In this document: in pieces, positions 19,430 to 29,112 of the stretch
How positions within the stretch are numbered: position 1 is the first letter of the stretch
How the letters are laid out: every line of letters begins with the position of its first letter
From: an uncultured Mycoplasma sp.
GTDB lineage: Bacteria; Bacillota_I; Bacilli_A; RF39; UBA660
Assembly (NCBI GenBank): GCA_946500895.1
Contig: CAMMXG010000001.1
Location: 705 to 64,704, forward strand
Direction of reading: 5' to 3'
Length of the DNA stretch: 64,000 nt
The notes under the pieces: generated by a model
The model's database searches: none
What the model was told of the DNA's origin: nothing
The model's input: only the letters and a program-made list of their open reading frames with translations
Translations under genes and position numbers: made by a program

Positions 19430-20444
19430 TAGTTTGAAACTTATTATTAATCAAATTATTAAAATAGATAATTTTATTATTTTTACCTTGATTCATTTTC
19501 TTTTCAATTATAGCATATGCTCTTGCATATTCACTTTGAATAGCATGCTCTAAACAGATTGTTGGCAATAATTTTGCTTTTTTTAGTAAACTTAAAGTTC
19601 CATTAACACCCGTTATTATTTTGCCATTTTCAATAATTGGAAAACACTTATCAACATCTCCACTAGTTTTCCCAACACTAAACCCCTGAGAACATTGTAA
19701 CATAGAATAATCATTTCCGAATTTATCTCCGCAATCTCCAATTCGAAGCATTGAATTCTGAGGAATTCCTATTATTTTTTCGGCAATTTTTATAGCTTTA
19801 TCTTTAGTTGCAGTACCTATTTGTAAAACTTGTTTACCATTATGCATTCCTATTGTCAAATTTAAATTAGAATTTTTATAACTTCCTATTAATAAATTAA
19901 TGAAATCAAATACTTTATTATTATATTCTATATCATCACTTAAAACCATTATTCTTATATTTATTATAGTATTTGTTTTAGAATCGGTTGAGTAAGTAAG
20001 CTTACAATTTTTATCAAAGTTAAGAGCTTTAAATAAAGTAACAATTTTTTTGTTTAATTCTTCCAATTGAATAAGGTCTTCTTTAGAGGATATATATTCA
20101 CTAACATTAAACAATTGTTTACTTTCATTACCAGTCATGAATAACCTTGCACCATCATTTGTAAGAGCATACATTCTTAACAATTGTTTATCAGTAACGT
20201 CATATTTATTCTTTAAATCATTAACAATATCGCTTAATAAATCACTTAAACCGGTTTCTCCTCTACCAGTAATAAAAAGAATTGGAATATGTTTCTTTAA
20301 TAGATTAGCTAATATTGGCAAAATACGAGAATCTATTTTTGTAGAATGTTCTATAGTTAAAGTACCATCAATATCAAAACATACAGCATTATATTTTTGT
20401 TGCAATGCTCTCTTATAATTATTTAACAATTCTTGACTTACCAT
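19404..20444 (-). CDS. HAD-superfamily (IIB/Cof-like) phosphatase
   Basis: 346 aa. Motif I 'CFDIDGTLT'. Later 'GDCGDKFGNDYSMLQ' resembles HAD motif IV. Confidence 0.55.
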   Translation of the reverse strand: MVSQELLNNYKRALQQKYNAVCFDIDGTLTIEHSTKIDSRILPILANLLKKHIPILFITGRGETGLSDLLSDIVNDLKNKYDVTDKQLLRMYALTNDGARLFMTGNESKQLFNVSEYISSKEDLIQLEELNKKIVTLFKALNFDKNCKLTYSTDSKTNTIINIRIMVLSDDIEYNNKVFDFINLLIGSYKNSNLNLTIGMHNGKQVLQIGTATKDKAIKIAEKIIGIPQNSMLRIGDCGDKFGNDYSMLQCSQGFSVGKTSGDVDKCFPIIENGKIITGVNGTLSLLKKAKLLPTICLEHAIQSEYARAYAIIEKKMNQGKNNKIIYFNNLINNKFQTIDGISSCI

Positions 20445-20453
20445 ACTATTCTC

Positions 20454-20942
20454 CTATAAAATTCTACGCAAACTTTTCACGACTTCAAATTGATTGGAAA
20501 AATCTAAATTTTCACTAAAATAAAGACCTCTTCCTCCCTTTTGTTCCCAATCAATTAAATTTTTAATACTATCATCAATTAAAATTTCGCCATTATTCGG
20601 CAAATATATTTGGCTTTTTTTAATATGTGGTGGAACAAATAAAATTGGTATCTCAATATTTCTACTTCTTAAGGCTCTCACCTTTGCTTCCATTTCAAGC
20701 AAAGTATGAATTTTAGTTAAAATAGCGATTTGCTTAGATTTGCTTTGTGCTTCTAATATATAATCAATAGCATTATTTATTACTTTGGCTTCTTCTAATA
20801 ATTCAAACCAGTCTAACTCTTCAAAAAAAGCATTCCAACTTATATCAGGTCTTAACTTTTTTCTGTCAACAACTCTTTTCTCTGTATCAAATATTACTCC
20901 ATCAAAATCAATAAAAATATTCTCTTTGGACATAGCTAACAC
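20454..20942 (-). CDS. small HAD-like hydrolase (5'-nucleotidase-like)
   Basis: 162 aa. Motif I 'FIDFDGVIFDT', C-terminal 'ILIDDS'. Size and motifs recall NT5C-type 5'(3')-deoxyribonucleotidases. Confidence 0.45.
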   Translation of the reverse strand: MLAMSKENIFIDFDGVIFDTEKRVVDRKKLRPDISWNAFFEELDWFELLEEAKVINNAIDYILEAQSKSKQIAILTKIHTLLEMEAKVRALRSRNIEIPILFVPPHIKKSQIYLPNNGEILIDDSIKNLIDWEQKGGRGLYFSENLDFSNQFEVVKSLRRIL

Positions 20943-20989
20943 CTCAATAAACTTATTATATCACACTAATAGGAAATATTTTGTCTAAA

Positions 20990-21583
20990 TTATTTACTAT
21001 TTAATTTTATTCTATCTATCTCAAAATGTCTAATATCATTTCTTAATTCACAATAAGAAGTTACATAGAATGTGCTATCATAATTAAATATTTGTAAAGG
21101 ATGAATTATTCTTTCTTGCCATTCCTGATTTAAATTTCTATATAATATTTTTAATGGTGTTTTATTAGAAATTGCATCATTTAAAGCAAAGTACAATTCA
21201 GATTTATCAATAATACCATTATCTAAAAAAAATTTACTTTTTTCTTCCTCTACATCACTTGCAAATTGAATTCTATTAATTAATTTTCTATATTTTATAA
21301 TATCTTTATATCCTATTTTTTCTAATATCACATTAATATTTTCTAACAATTGAATATCATATTTATTAAAATGATTATACTGGTTTTTAACATTTATAAT
21401 ATAATATCCTCCATTAGGTCCCATAAAAGTTTCAATTGGAATTCCTGCTTGTTCTAATTCACATTTGTAATACCTTATCATTCGCTCAGTAATGCCTATT
21501 TTTTCTGATAATTCCTTTACACTATATTTATTTCCTGTATTTAAATAGTTTAACATTTGAATAGCATTTGATATTTTACCCAT
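20990..21583 (-). CDS. HTH + WYL-domain transcriptional regulator (BrxR/CapW-like architecture, short form)
   Basis: 197 aa. N-terminal HTH_11-like 'SVKELSEKIGITERMIRYYK'. C-terminal WYL-like block 'LKILYRNLNQEWQERIIHPLQIFNYDSTFYVTSYC'. First gene of the minus-strand operon. Confidence 0.55.
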   Translation of the reverse strand: MGKISNAIQMLNYLNTGNKYSVKELSEKIGITERMIRYYKCELEQAGIPIETFMGPNGGYYIINVKNQYNHFNKYDIQLLENINVILEKIGYKDIIKYRKLINRIQFASDVEEEKSKFFLDNGIIDKSELYFALNDAISNKTPLKILYRNLNQEWQERIIHPLQIFNYDSTFYVTSYCELRNDIRHFEIDRIKLNSK

Positions 21584-21644
21584 TTCTTCACTTCCTCATC
21601 TTATTTTATCATATTAATATACTTTTTTCATTTCTAATAAATAT

Positions 21645-21680
21645 TTATTTTAAAGAAAAAAAGAGAAATAACTTCTCTTA
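21645..21680 (-). terminator. rho-independent terminator after the arylsulfotransferase gene
   Basis: AAGAGAA-ATAAC-TTCTCTT hairpin overlapping the stop, followed on the minus strand by TTTTTTTCTTTAAAA. Confidence 0.45.
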
Positions 21681-23645
21681 AAATTCTACATACTCTCCTG
21701 TATCATAAATAACACCATCAATTTCTAAATAAATAGAATATTTACCAGTTAGTCCTTCAGCATTAATATATTTATTAACGACAATTCCATTTTCTGTTTC
21801 ATCTTCTGTAAATATATCTAAGCACATTGCCGTATAAGGTCTTCTACTAACAGATACATGATATTCTTTGATATTCATATTTTGATATAAAAGAATATTA
21901 ACATCTTCTCCTTGTTTGTATCTTCCACTAACCACAATTCGGTCAACCTCTTGTGTAACTGAAAATTCTCTATCAAATTCACTGATATCAGTTGTGCCAA
22001 GAACAAAGCCAAATCTTTCTTCCGTTACATCAGAACCACCAAGAGAACCAATTCTTTTTGCTGCGCCCATTTCATAATTTTCATTATCTGTATACAAACT
22101 CATTTTCTCAACTCGGTAATTATTAGTTGGTAAAATGATTTCAAAAACGACTTCATCATCGATTAATTCAACAGTATCACTAACTAATCTATCGGCTCCA
22201 CCTATTCCGGCTGGTTGATTGGAATTAACACCATCAACATAAACAATTCCTCCAGAGTGAACAATATAATGTTCTGCATCTATATAATCTACATCAGAAA
22301 TATATGGAGAATAAAATTCACTACCACGTTCTTTTCCATATTCCCAAATTTGTTCAATGGTCATATTATCGGTATCAATTTTATACATAACACCTCTAGT
22401 ATAACTATCTTCTGCCGGTACATATTCGGATTCTATTTTTGACTTATTATTACCATTATCTAAAATAAATACATAACCTTCCGGTGTAATCATCGCTGCA
22501 TGTTGACTCCATTGCCATTCAAAGTCATCTCCAACTGGTGTAAAGAAATACTTTTGATACTCCTCACTCCAGTTTGTAGGATCGCCAATAATCCAATTAA
22601 GTTCACCTGTATCATAATCTATATTAATAACAGCATCTTGATGTCTTCCTGATAAAGTTATGGAATCAGTCGCTTCATCATACCAAACCGAATTATTATG
22701 GAACCAATCATACTCTACCCAGTTTTCACTTTTACCATCTTCCATATTTAAGATGTCCTTTAAATCCCAAGTCTTAACAATCTCACCGGTATTCATATCC
22801 ACTTCCACAATGTAATCTTCAACTGTTCCATAATCATTATAAAAATCATCACTAGCTACTAACAAATTACCATTAGGCATTTCAAAATAATCATGGTGAT
22901 ATCCACCCTCTAGACTAATCTCTTTATAAATCTTGCCTAATAAATCCATTTCATACAAACCAGTCATATAATATGGCGAATTAATCAGTCTTTCAGTTGA
23001 AACGAGTAAATGACCATTATCTAAACGATTAATTTCCCATAAAGCATTAATCGTTAAATACCATCTTACATCTCCATTTACATCATAAGCACTAGTATAC
23101 CCGCTACTAGATGGTGTAAAAAAGTATAATTCATTTCCAAGTTCACTTTTATCTGCCTCTACACTAGTAGATAAGACAAAATCATCTGGTAATGCTTCTG
23201 TTTCAATAGTGATGGTTTTCTCTGTATCTCCAAATTCAATAATAACTTCATTGGCCTCACCAGCATATAAACCATAAATAGGTAAATAATGAACTGTATT
23301 ACGATCAAATTCATGAGTAAAAGTAGTATTGTCATCTTTACCAACAATTGTAATAGTCGGTGCTACTTCCTCCTTTGTTTCAAATATTACCAAAGCAGTT
23401 AAAGGTGATATTTCATAAGGATTAACAATGATATTAGGATTATCAATAGTATAGCCTTCACTAACAAACTCTTTTTCAAGCTCTACTTGCGTATCTACTA
23501 AACTAATTGTTTGTTCTACTTCTTCATTATTTGTTGACAAACTGTTTAAAACAAATAATGAAACGACAACTAAAACTATAACAATTAATAAAGTAATTAA
23601 AATTATTTTCTTTTTGTTTTTCATTTTTCTTCCCTCCAAAAACAA
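21678..23645 (-). CDS. arylsulfate sulfotransferase (ASST) family beta-propeller protein
   Basis: 655 aa with N-terminal signal-anchor. 'WFHNNSVWYDEATDSITLSGRHQDAVINIDYDTGELNWIIG' matches ASST-family blocks. Confidence 0.55.
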   Translation of the reverse strand: MFLEGRKMKNKKKIILITLLIVIVLVVVSLFVLNSLSTNNEEVEQTISLVDTQVELEKEFVSEGYTIDNPNIIVNPYEISPLTALVIFETKEEVAPTITIVGKDDNTTFTHEFDRNTVHYLPIYGLYAGEANEVIIEFGDTEKTITIETEALPDDFVLSTSVEADKSELGNELYFFTPSSSGYTSAYDVNGDVRWYLTINALWEINRLDNGHLLVSTERLINSPYYMTGLYEMDLLGKIYKEISLEGGYHHDYFEMPNGNLLVASDDFYNDYGTVEDYIVEVDMNTGEIVKTWDLKDILNMEDGKSENWVEYDWFHNNSVWYDEATDSITLSGRHQDAVINIDYDTGELNWIIGDPTNWSEEYQKYFFTPVGDDFEWQWSQHAAMITPEGYVFILDNGNNKSKIESEYVPAEDSYTRGVMYKIDTDNMTIEQIWEYGKERGSEFYSPYISDVDYIDAEHYIVHSGGIVYVDGVNSNQPAGIGGADRLVSDTVELIDDEVVFEIILPTNNYRVEKMSLYTDNENYEMGAAKRIGSLGGSDVTEERFGFVLGTTDISEFDREFSVTQEVDRIVVSGRYKQGEDVNILLYQNMNIKEYHVSVSRRPYTAMCLDIFTEDETENGIVVNKYINAEGLTGKYSIYLEIDGVIYDTGEYVEF

Positions 23646-23693
23646 TTTATCATAAAAAAAATGAAAAACAAATAAATTACAAGTTGAAAAAAC

Positions 23694-24410
23694 TCAACTT
23701 GAAGTTGAGCTACAATTTTCATTTAAAGTTAAAGGTATTTCATAAGTAATGGTATCACCATCTGAATTAACCGCTCTAAGTTCAATACTTAAGCTATCTT
23801 CTGTATAATTACTACAAGTACTTTCATAATTATCAATATTAAATTCCACAGTATTTAAATAATCATTTAAAGTAACAGCTTCTCCCTCATAAGTATCTCT
23901 ACTAATCTCTGTTTTTGTATTACCTACTTGTTCATATAAAACACAAGTAATATTAGAATACTTTTCTTTATCATCACTTAAACAACTAATACTAGAAATA
24001 TTAATAGATGTTTTATTATCATTATACGCCATGCTTCCAAGTACTGTAAAATCATCGCAATTACTACGAACATTTCTAAAAACAAAATCATGGTTATGCG
24101 TAAACTGATAAATTAGAACAAAACCTATAATAAAAAAAATGCAAAGAGAAGCAAAAATATACTTACCAATTTTTTTCTTTTTGGGTTTAGATCCACCCTC
24201 TAAAAGTTCATTAATATCAACATGAAACTGATTACTAATTTCTTTTAAAACTGCTATATCAGGAATGTTTAAACCATTTTCCCATTTACTAACAGCTTGA
24301 TAAGTAACCCCAAAAAGTTCTGCAAATTCTTTTTGTGTTAAATGATTATCTTTTCTAAGTTTCTTAATAAATTCACCAATTTTATTTTGATCCATAGCAT
24401 CATTCCTCAA
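23694..24410 (-). CDS. membrane-anchored Xre-family HTH regulator with extracytoplasmic domain
   Basis: 238 aa. N-terminal HTH_XRE ('LTQKEFAELFGVTYQAVSKWENG'), one TM helix near residue 85, then a ~140-aa outside domain. Confidence 0.6.
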   Translation of the reverse strand: MRNDAMDQNKIGEFIKKLRKDNHLTQKEFAELFGVTYQAVSKWENGLNIPDIAVLKEISNQFHVDINELLEGGSKPKKKKIGKYIFASLCIFFIIGFVLIYQFTHNHDFVFRNVRSNCDDFTVLGSMAYNDNKTSINISSISCLSDDKEKYSNITCVLYEQVGNTKTEISRDTYEGEAVTLNDYLNTVEFNIDNYESTCSNYTEDSLSIELRAVNSDGDTITYEIPLTLNENCSSTSS

Positions 24411-24440
24411 AAAATATTACTACCTAAGTATAACATATTT

Positions 24441-25712
24441 TTAAGAAATTGTGTAGGGATTACTACTTGTTCCGCTTCCAGTAATTGTAACATCAGCACG
24501 TAAATTGATAGCTGGGCGCACACCCCACGCGTTATCCACGCTGTTGTAGTTGAGGTTGCCAGGCGAATTCACAATGAACACCCAAGCCCAACCGTAGTCA
24601 AAGTAATACGGAGACATGGTCCAGTATCCGCTATTTGTATATAGGTAATAACTACTATTACTTGTTGCGTATACTCCTCCGGCATAGGATACTTCATCGG
24701 CTGTGATTAATCCTATTGGATATTGTAATGCTTTATTTCCTTTACTTGCTCCGCTTACTGTGAACAAGTCACTACTATTACTACATTTGAAACTTGGTGT
24801 TTTGTTTGTTACCAATCTATTATATACTGCATAAATGGTCGCTGTTTTTCCTGTTCCACTTCCACTATATGGTGTCCTATCATTACAGAATCCTGCATTC
24901 ATATCTATATCATCGGCATAACTTGCTAAATTGTTTTGGTACCATGTATTCAGTACTCCTAGTATTGTACTATTTGTTCCTGTTCCATGCACATTATTGG
25001 TCGTGTATTTAAATCCTACGTATGCATTATTATTATATGAACTATTGAATGTACTGGTTTGAATCTGTGTTCCGGTTCCGGTTGTTGTATTATTTGTTCC
25101 ATTATAGATTAATCTTATCGTTCCATCTCCATTAATCCTTATGATGCGCCAATAATATCCTGCCCAACGCACCCAGTTATCACTTGGGTTTCCTGCAAAG
25201 TAGTATGTTGTTCCATCATCATCTTCTGCTTGGTAGATTGTTCCTGTAGTGTTGGTTGTTAATGTTGATGAAAAGTTTGGTCTTGTTGTTATGTTTTTTC
25301 CTGCTAAGATTGTATCTCTTGCAAATACCTTCTCATTAAAATACAATGTACATTTTGTTCCTTTCATTGTAAAAGGTGTAATTGTCAAATTTCCTGTTTC
25401 ACTATCATAGCTGATACTTAAATTCTCTATTTCACTACCATCTTTATAAGTACAAGTACTTTGGGTTGTATCTAGTGTATATGTTTTACTACTATCAAGT
25501 TTATCTGCTTCTACTCCATCAATATATAATCCTATGATATTTAAGTCTGGTAGTGTATAGTTTATTGTTCCATTAACGAGTGGTATACTTTCTGTTACTC
25601 TGTATTTTGCTCTGGTAAAATTTAGTATTACTGCACTTATTATTAGTACTGCTATTACTCCTATAATGATATTTCTTTTTAAATGGCTTCTTTTTAATAC
25701 CTCAAATTTCAT
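24441..25712 (-). CDS. exported Thr/Gly-rich protein with N-terminal signal-anchor; C-terminal domain of foreign codon usage
   Basis: 423 aa. TM near the N-terminus. TGT-rich low-complexity stretch. Last ~50 codons (24441-24600) use GC-rich codons (CGC, GCG, GTG, CTC) unlike the rest of the window. Confidence 0.4.
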   Translation of the reverse strand: MKFEVLKRSHLKRNIIIGVIAVLIISAVILNFTRAKYRVTESIPLVNGTINYTLPDLNIIGLYIDGVEADKLDSSKTYTLDTTQSTCTYKDGSEIENLSISYDSETGNLTITPFTMKGTKCTLYFNEKVFARDTILAGKNITTRPNFSSTLTTNTTGTIYQAEDDDGTTYYFAGNPSDNWVRWAGYYWRIIRINGDGTIRLIYNGTNNTTTGTGTQIQTSTFNSSYNNNAYVGFKYTTNNVHGTGTNSTILGVLNTWYQNNLASYADDIDMNAGFCNDRTPYSGSGTGKTATIYAVYNRLVTNKTPSFKCSNSSDLFTVSGASKGNKALQYPIGLITADEVSYAGGVYATSNSSYYLYTNSGYWTMSPYYFDYGWAWVFIVNSPGNLNYNSVDNAWGVRPAINLRADVTITGSGTSSNPYTIS

Positions 25713-25909
25713 AATCTAGCCTCTTTCATGATGCTAGGCTTCATTTTAAATTTCATTAAAATAATCTATCATAGACATATGATAACTTTCCTAGCTTATA
25801 GTTAAATTATAATTTGAGCTATACCAAAAGTCAAGAAAAAGTTTGGTATTTCCGACAAAACGTTTTGATTAAAAGTCATTAATGAGAAAATACATTTAGG
25901 TGAAAGATT

Positions 25910-26356
25910 ATGTTTAGTGCAGAAAATATAAAGAAAATAAGAATTCAAAACAATAAAACCCAAGAAGAAACAGCACAATTATTAAACGTTAGTAGAAGTA
26001 GCTATGCTATGTGGGAAAGTAACAATGAAATAATACCAATAAAAAGATTAACTGAATTTTGTGATTTATTCAAAGTTTCAGTAGACTACGTCTTAGGTTT
26101 AACTGATAACTTATATAAAACATCAAAATATAAAAAAGAAATTTCAGCAACCAGACTTAAAGATTTTAGAAAAGAGAATAAACTAACGCAAGAAAAACTA
26201 GCCAAAATATTAAATACAAATAAAAGTGTTATTTGCGGATATGAAAAAGGAAGATACTTAATTGCTACCCCTTTTCTATATACAATATGCAAAAAATATA
26301 ATATATCCGCTGACTATCTTTTAGGAAAAACAGATAATCCCAAGTATTTAAAATAA
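25910..26356 (+). CDS. transcriptional regulator with two tandem Xre-family HTH domains
   Basis: 148 aa. Two repeats of 'NKTQEETAQLLNVSRSSYAMWE' / 'NKLTQEKLAKILNTNKSVICGYE', each followed by 'VDYVLGLTDN/ADYLLGKTDN'. Divergent from the 24441/23694 operon. Confidence 0.65.
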   Translation: MFSAENIKKIRIQNNKTQEETAQLLNVSRSSYAMWESNNEIIPIKRLTEFCDLFKVSVDYVLGLTDNLYKTSKYKKEISATRLKDFRKENKLTQEKLAKILNTNKSVICGYEKGRYLIATPFLYTICKKYNISADYLLGKTDNPKYLK

Positions 26357-26384
26357 CTTGGAAATTTTTATTTTTGACACAAAT

Positions 26385-26430
26385 GCAAGAAAGCGTCGAA
26401 CTTTGCCGAACGCTTTTTCTTGCTTTTTTA
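26385..26430 (+). terminator. rho-independent terminator of the tandem-HTH gene
   Basis: GCAAGAAAGCG...CGCTTTTTCTTGC extended hairpin followed by TTTTTT. Confidence 0.5.
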
Positions 26431-26456
26431 AATACTATCACTCATAATAATAACTC

Positions 26457-27362
26457 GAGCATTGGGGCTAATGCTTTCACTTATATAATAACTATTTCTT
26501 ACCTCCTTACTCTTAGGGGTTTTGGTTGTAGAAAGTAGGTGATTATATGGAGTTGCGTTTAATAGTAATATTACCGCTTAAATAAATTTCCACCAGCGTA
26601 GCTGGTGGTTTTTCTGTTTCGCCTAAAAGGCTTTACTACTGGCTTCTACTGAAGTAGCCTGTTTCGACTGCCATTCGCATCTTTTACTTGCTACCCTTTG
26701 AAAGGGTCAAAATCTTCTATTGTCATCTGTTGACTTAATCTATCTTCTTTTAATTGATTTGCTATATATTCTTTTATCTTTTTCGTATTTTTTCCTACTG
26801 TATCTACATAATATCCTCTGCACCAAAATTCTCTATTTCGATATTGATACCGCATATTCGCCCATTTACTATATATCATGATACTACTCTTGCCTTTCAA
26901 AAATCCCATGAAATCTGAAACACTATATTTCGGTGGTATCTCTATCAACATATGGATATGGTCTGGACATACTTCTGCCTCTATTATTGTTACTCCTTTC
27001 CATTCACATAATTGTCTCAAAATCTGACCGATTTCTAATCTCTTACTTTCATAAAATACCTTTCTTCTATATTTTGGCGCGAATACAACGTGGTATTTGC
27101 AATTCCACGTTGTATGTGCTAAACTTTTAATATCATTTATTTTGATTTCTTTCATTATAAATGTCCTCCTTCTAATATTTTTGTTGCTTCTTGGCAGTCG
27201 CAACAAATATTATATTAGAAGGAGTTTTACTTTTCAACTCATCGCTAAAGCTATACTGAACCCCCAGACTATCTGGGGGTTTTCTCTAACAAAAAACATT
27301 AGTCATAACGATACGACTAATGTCCCACAAAAATAGGCATTAGATCGCACCCCAATGCTCTA
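26457..27362 (-). mobile_element. IS200/IS605-family insertion sequence (TnpA only) with hairpin ends
   Basis: Single HUH transposase gene. Both ends carry GAGCATTGGGG...AATGC hairpins in inverted orientation (26458-26476 and 27338-27361). Internal hairpins CCACCAGC-GTA-GCTGGTGG (26591-26609) and CCCCCAGA-CTAT-CTGGGGG (27254-27272). Boundaries approximate. Confidence 0.45.
26691..27155 (-). CDS. tnpA: IS200/IS605-family transposase TnpA (HUH Y1)
   Basis: HUH motif 'CPDHIHMLIEI', catalytic Tyr region 'ANQLKED'. Likely start at MKEIKIND (GGAGG 8 nt upstream), giving ~154 aa. Confidence 0.8.
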   Translation of the reverse strand: MKEIKINDIKSLAHTTWNCKYHVVFAPKYRRKVFYESKRLEIGQILRQLCEWKGVTIIEAEVCPDHIHMLIEIPPKYSVSDFMGFLKGKSSIMIYSKWANMRYQYRNREFWCRGYYVDTVGKNTKKIKEYIANQLKEDRLSQQMTIEDFDPFKG

Positions 27363-27424
27363 CAAATTAAGTATATAATAATTTTTAAATAAATACAATT
27401 GACATTTCATTTACAACATTTAAA

Positions 27425-28441
27425 CTATCTACCATCGCTAATAATTTCCTTTAGCATCACTACTAATTCCTCTTGATTAATATTAGTACTTTCAATAATA
27501 TAATAAAAATTATTATTTTCAAATGATACAAAATGTCTATTTTCATATTGATTAATAATCATACATACTCCATTAATATAGCTCGCTTGACTATCACTTT
27601 TAAAAGAATAATCTTTAAGGGGTTCTCCTCTTTCTGACCTAGCAAGAATAAGTTTCTTATTATCTTTACTATATACATAACGAATATCTCTAATATCTTT
27701 AATATCATTAGAATCTTCATAAACTAAATAAGCTTCATCAAAATCTAGATTATCAAAAATCCAAGGTACATTTAAATTAATAGTTGAATCTGTTGAAGAT
27801 ACCACTCTAACATTATCATCAAAAGAAACATCTTGAAAGTCACTTACTTGATTAATAACAATATAATCTTCCCTATCATCAAATATCCCCTCTATCAAAG
27901 TAAGCAACTCTTTCTCATTTAAATATTCAGTTTCAATATCATAAAACACATTTTCATATTCAAACTCTACTAAATACATATTCTTATATTGATGAATAAT
28001 AACTTCATTACCAGAAACTTTACTTATTCCATTATCACTCATAATTAAATAATCTCGAAATGGTTTTTCTATTTTAGAAAAAACAACATTAACTTTTCTA
28101 TTATTATCTCCAATAAATTCATAACCAATATCATGTAAAACATTATACTCTCCACTACTATTTTTAACATATATACCATAATCATTATTTATTTTTAAAT
28201 CATCAGGCAAATTGTAACCTACATGTTCACTCCAAATACAATCACATAAATGATCGACCCTTTTGATATCCAAATCTTTACTTATTTCCTCATAACGAGT
28301 TAACTCATTAATAACAATATTATTTTCTTGATAAATATGATGTTTTTCATCATTATTTTGATAAATAACAACTCCTATTAAAACTCCTAAAACTATCACT
28401 ACCAGAACAATACCATATTTTAAATATTTTTTCATATACAC
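27425..28441 (-). CDS. membrane-anchored protein, paralog of the adjacent anti-sigma-like protein (DUF4367-like ectodomain)
   Basis: 338 aa. N-terminal TM. 'GEYNVLHDIGYEFIGDNNRKVNVVFS' block is shared with the upstream gene ('GRYDILHDVVQIYRDENRRVNVAYS'). Confidence 0.4.
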   Translation of the reverse strand: MYMKKYLKYGIVLVVIVLGVLIGVVIYQNNDEKHHIYQENNIVINELTRYEEISKDLDIKRVDHLCDCIWSEHVGYNLPDDLKINNDYGIYVKNSSGEYNVLHDIGYEFIGDNNRKVNVVFSKIEKPFRDYLIMSDNGISKVSGNEVIIHQYKNMYLVEFEYENVFYDIETEYLNEKELLTLIEGIFDDREDYIVINQVSDFQDVSFDDNVRVVSSTDSTINLNVPWIFDNLDFDEAYLVYEDSNDIKDIRDIRYVYSKDNKKLILARSERGEPLKDYSFKSDSQASYINGVCMIINQYENRHFVSFENNNFYYIIESTNINQEELVVMLKEIISDGR

Positions 28442-28443
28442 CC

Positions 28444-29112
28444 CTATTCTATAATACTTTTAATAATATCTAAAAACTCATCAACTGTTAAACCATACGA
28501 CTCAATATCATAATAAACATTCAAATACTCAAACTGTCCAATCAAAGTTTGATCATTTTTACTAATCATAACTTCTATTCCTTCTATAATAGAATAATTA
28601 CCCTTAGGTATGTCCATATCTCGAAGCACTTCACCAACAGAAGAATAAGCAACATTAACCCTTCGGTTTTCATCTCTATAGATTTGAACAACATCATGTA
28701 AAATATCATATCTTCCACTTTGATTTTCTTTAACAAAAACATAATATATTTCATCAAGTATTATATCCTCAGGAATATTCACTTCTATTGGCTGAATTGA
28801 AAGACTAGAGTTATCACTGCTAGTAACACGCACGTCTAAATTAGATACACTATCATACATAGTATTATCTATTTCATTAATATAAATTTCATCTTTTACT
28901 TCATCTAATACATTTGGATCTTCTTTCTTATCAAACAAGTTTTTACTAACGAAAAATCCTGATACAATCAAAATTAGAAGAATAGAAGCAAAACTATATT
29001 TCATAACTATTTGTTTTCTTTTTTTCTTTTTTAACTTATCTGTTATTTTTTGATACATGTCATCTTTATTAAACTGACAATCAAAAACTTGATAGACATC
29101 ATTCTTCTTCAT
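28444..29112 (-). CDS. putative anti-sigma factor (cytoplasmic N-terminus, one TM, DUF4367-like ectodomain)
   Basis: 222 aa. Start overlaps the sigma-factor stop by 1 nt. Single TM near residue 50. Confidence 0.4.
   Translation of the reverse strand: MKKNDVYQVFDCQFNKDDMYQKITDKLKKKKRKQIVMKYSFASILLILIVSGFFVSKNLFDKKEDPNVLDEVKDEIYINEIDNTMYDSVSNLDVRVTSSDNSSLSIQPIEVNIPEDIILDEIYYVFVKENQSGRYDILHDVVQIYRDENRRVNVAYSSVGEVLRDMDIPKGNYSIIEGIEVMISKNDQTLIGQFEYLNVYYDIESYGLTVDEFLDIIKSIIE

Noticed and set aside
24441-25712. Whole-gene elevated GC taken as evidence that the entire 423-aa gene is foreign
   Set aside because: Most of the excess GC in the middle of the gene comes from Gly/Thr-rich composition (GGN/ACN codons). 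Only the last ~160 nt show codon-choice deviation, so only that segment is flagged.
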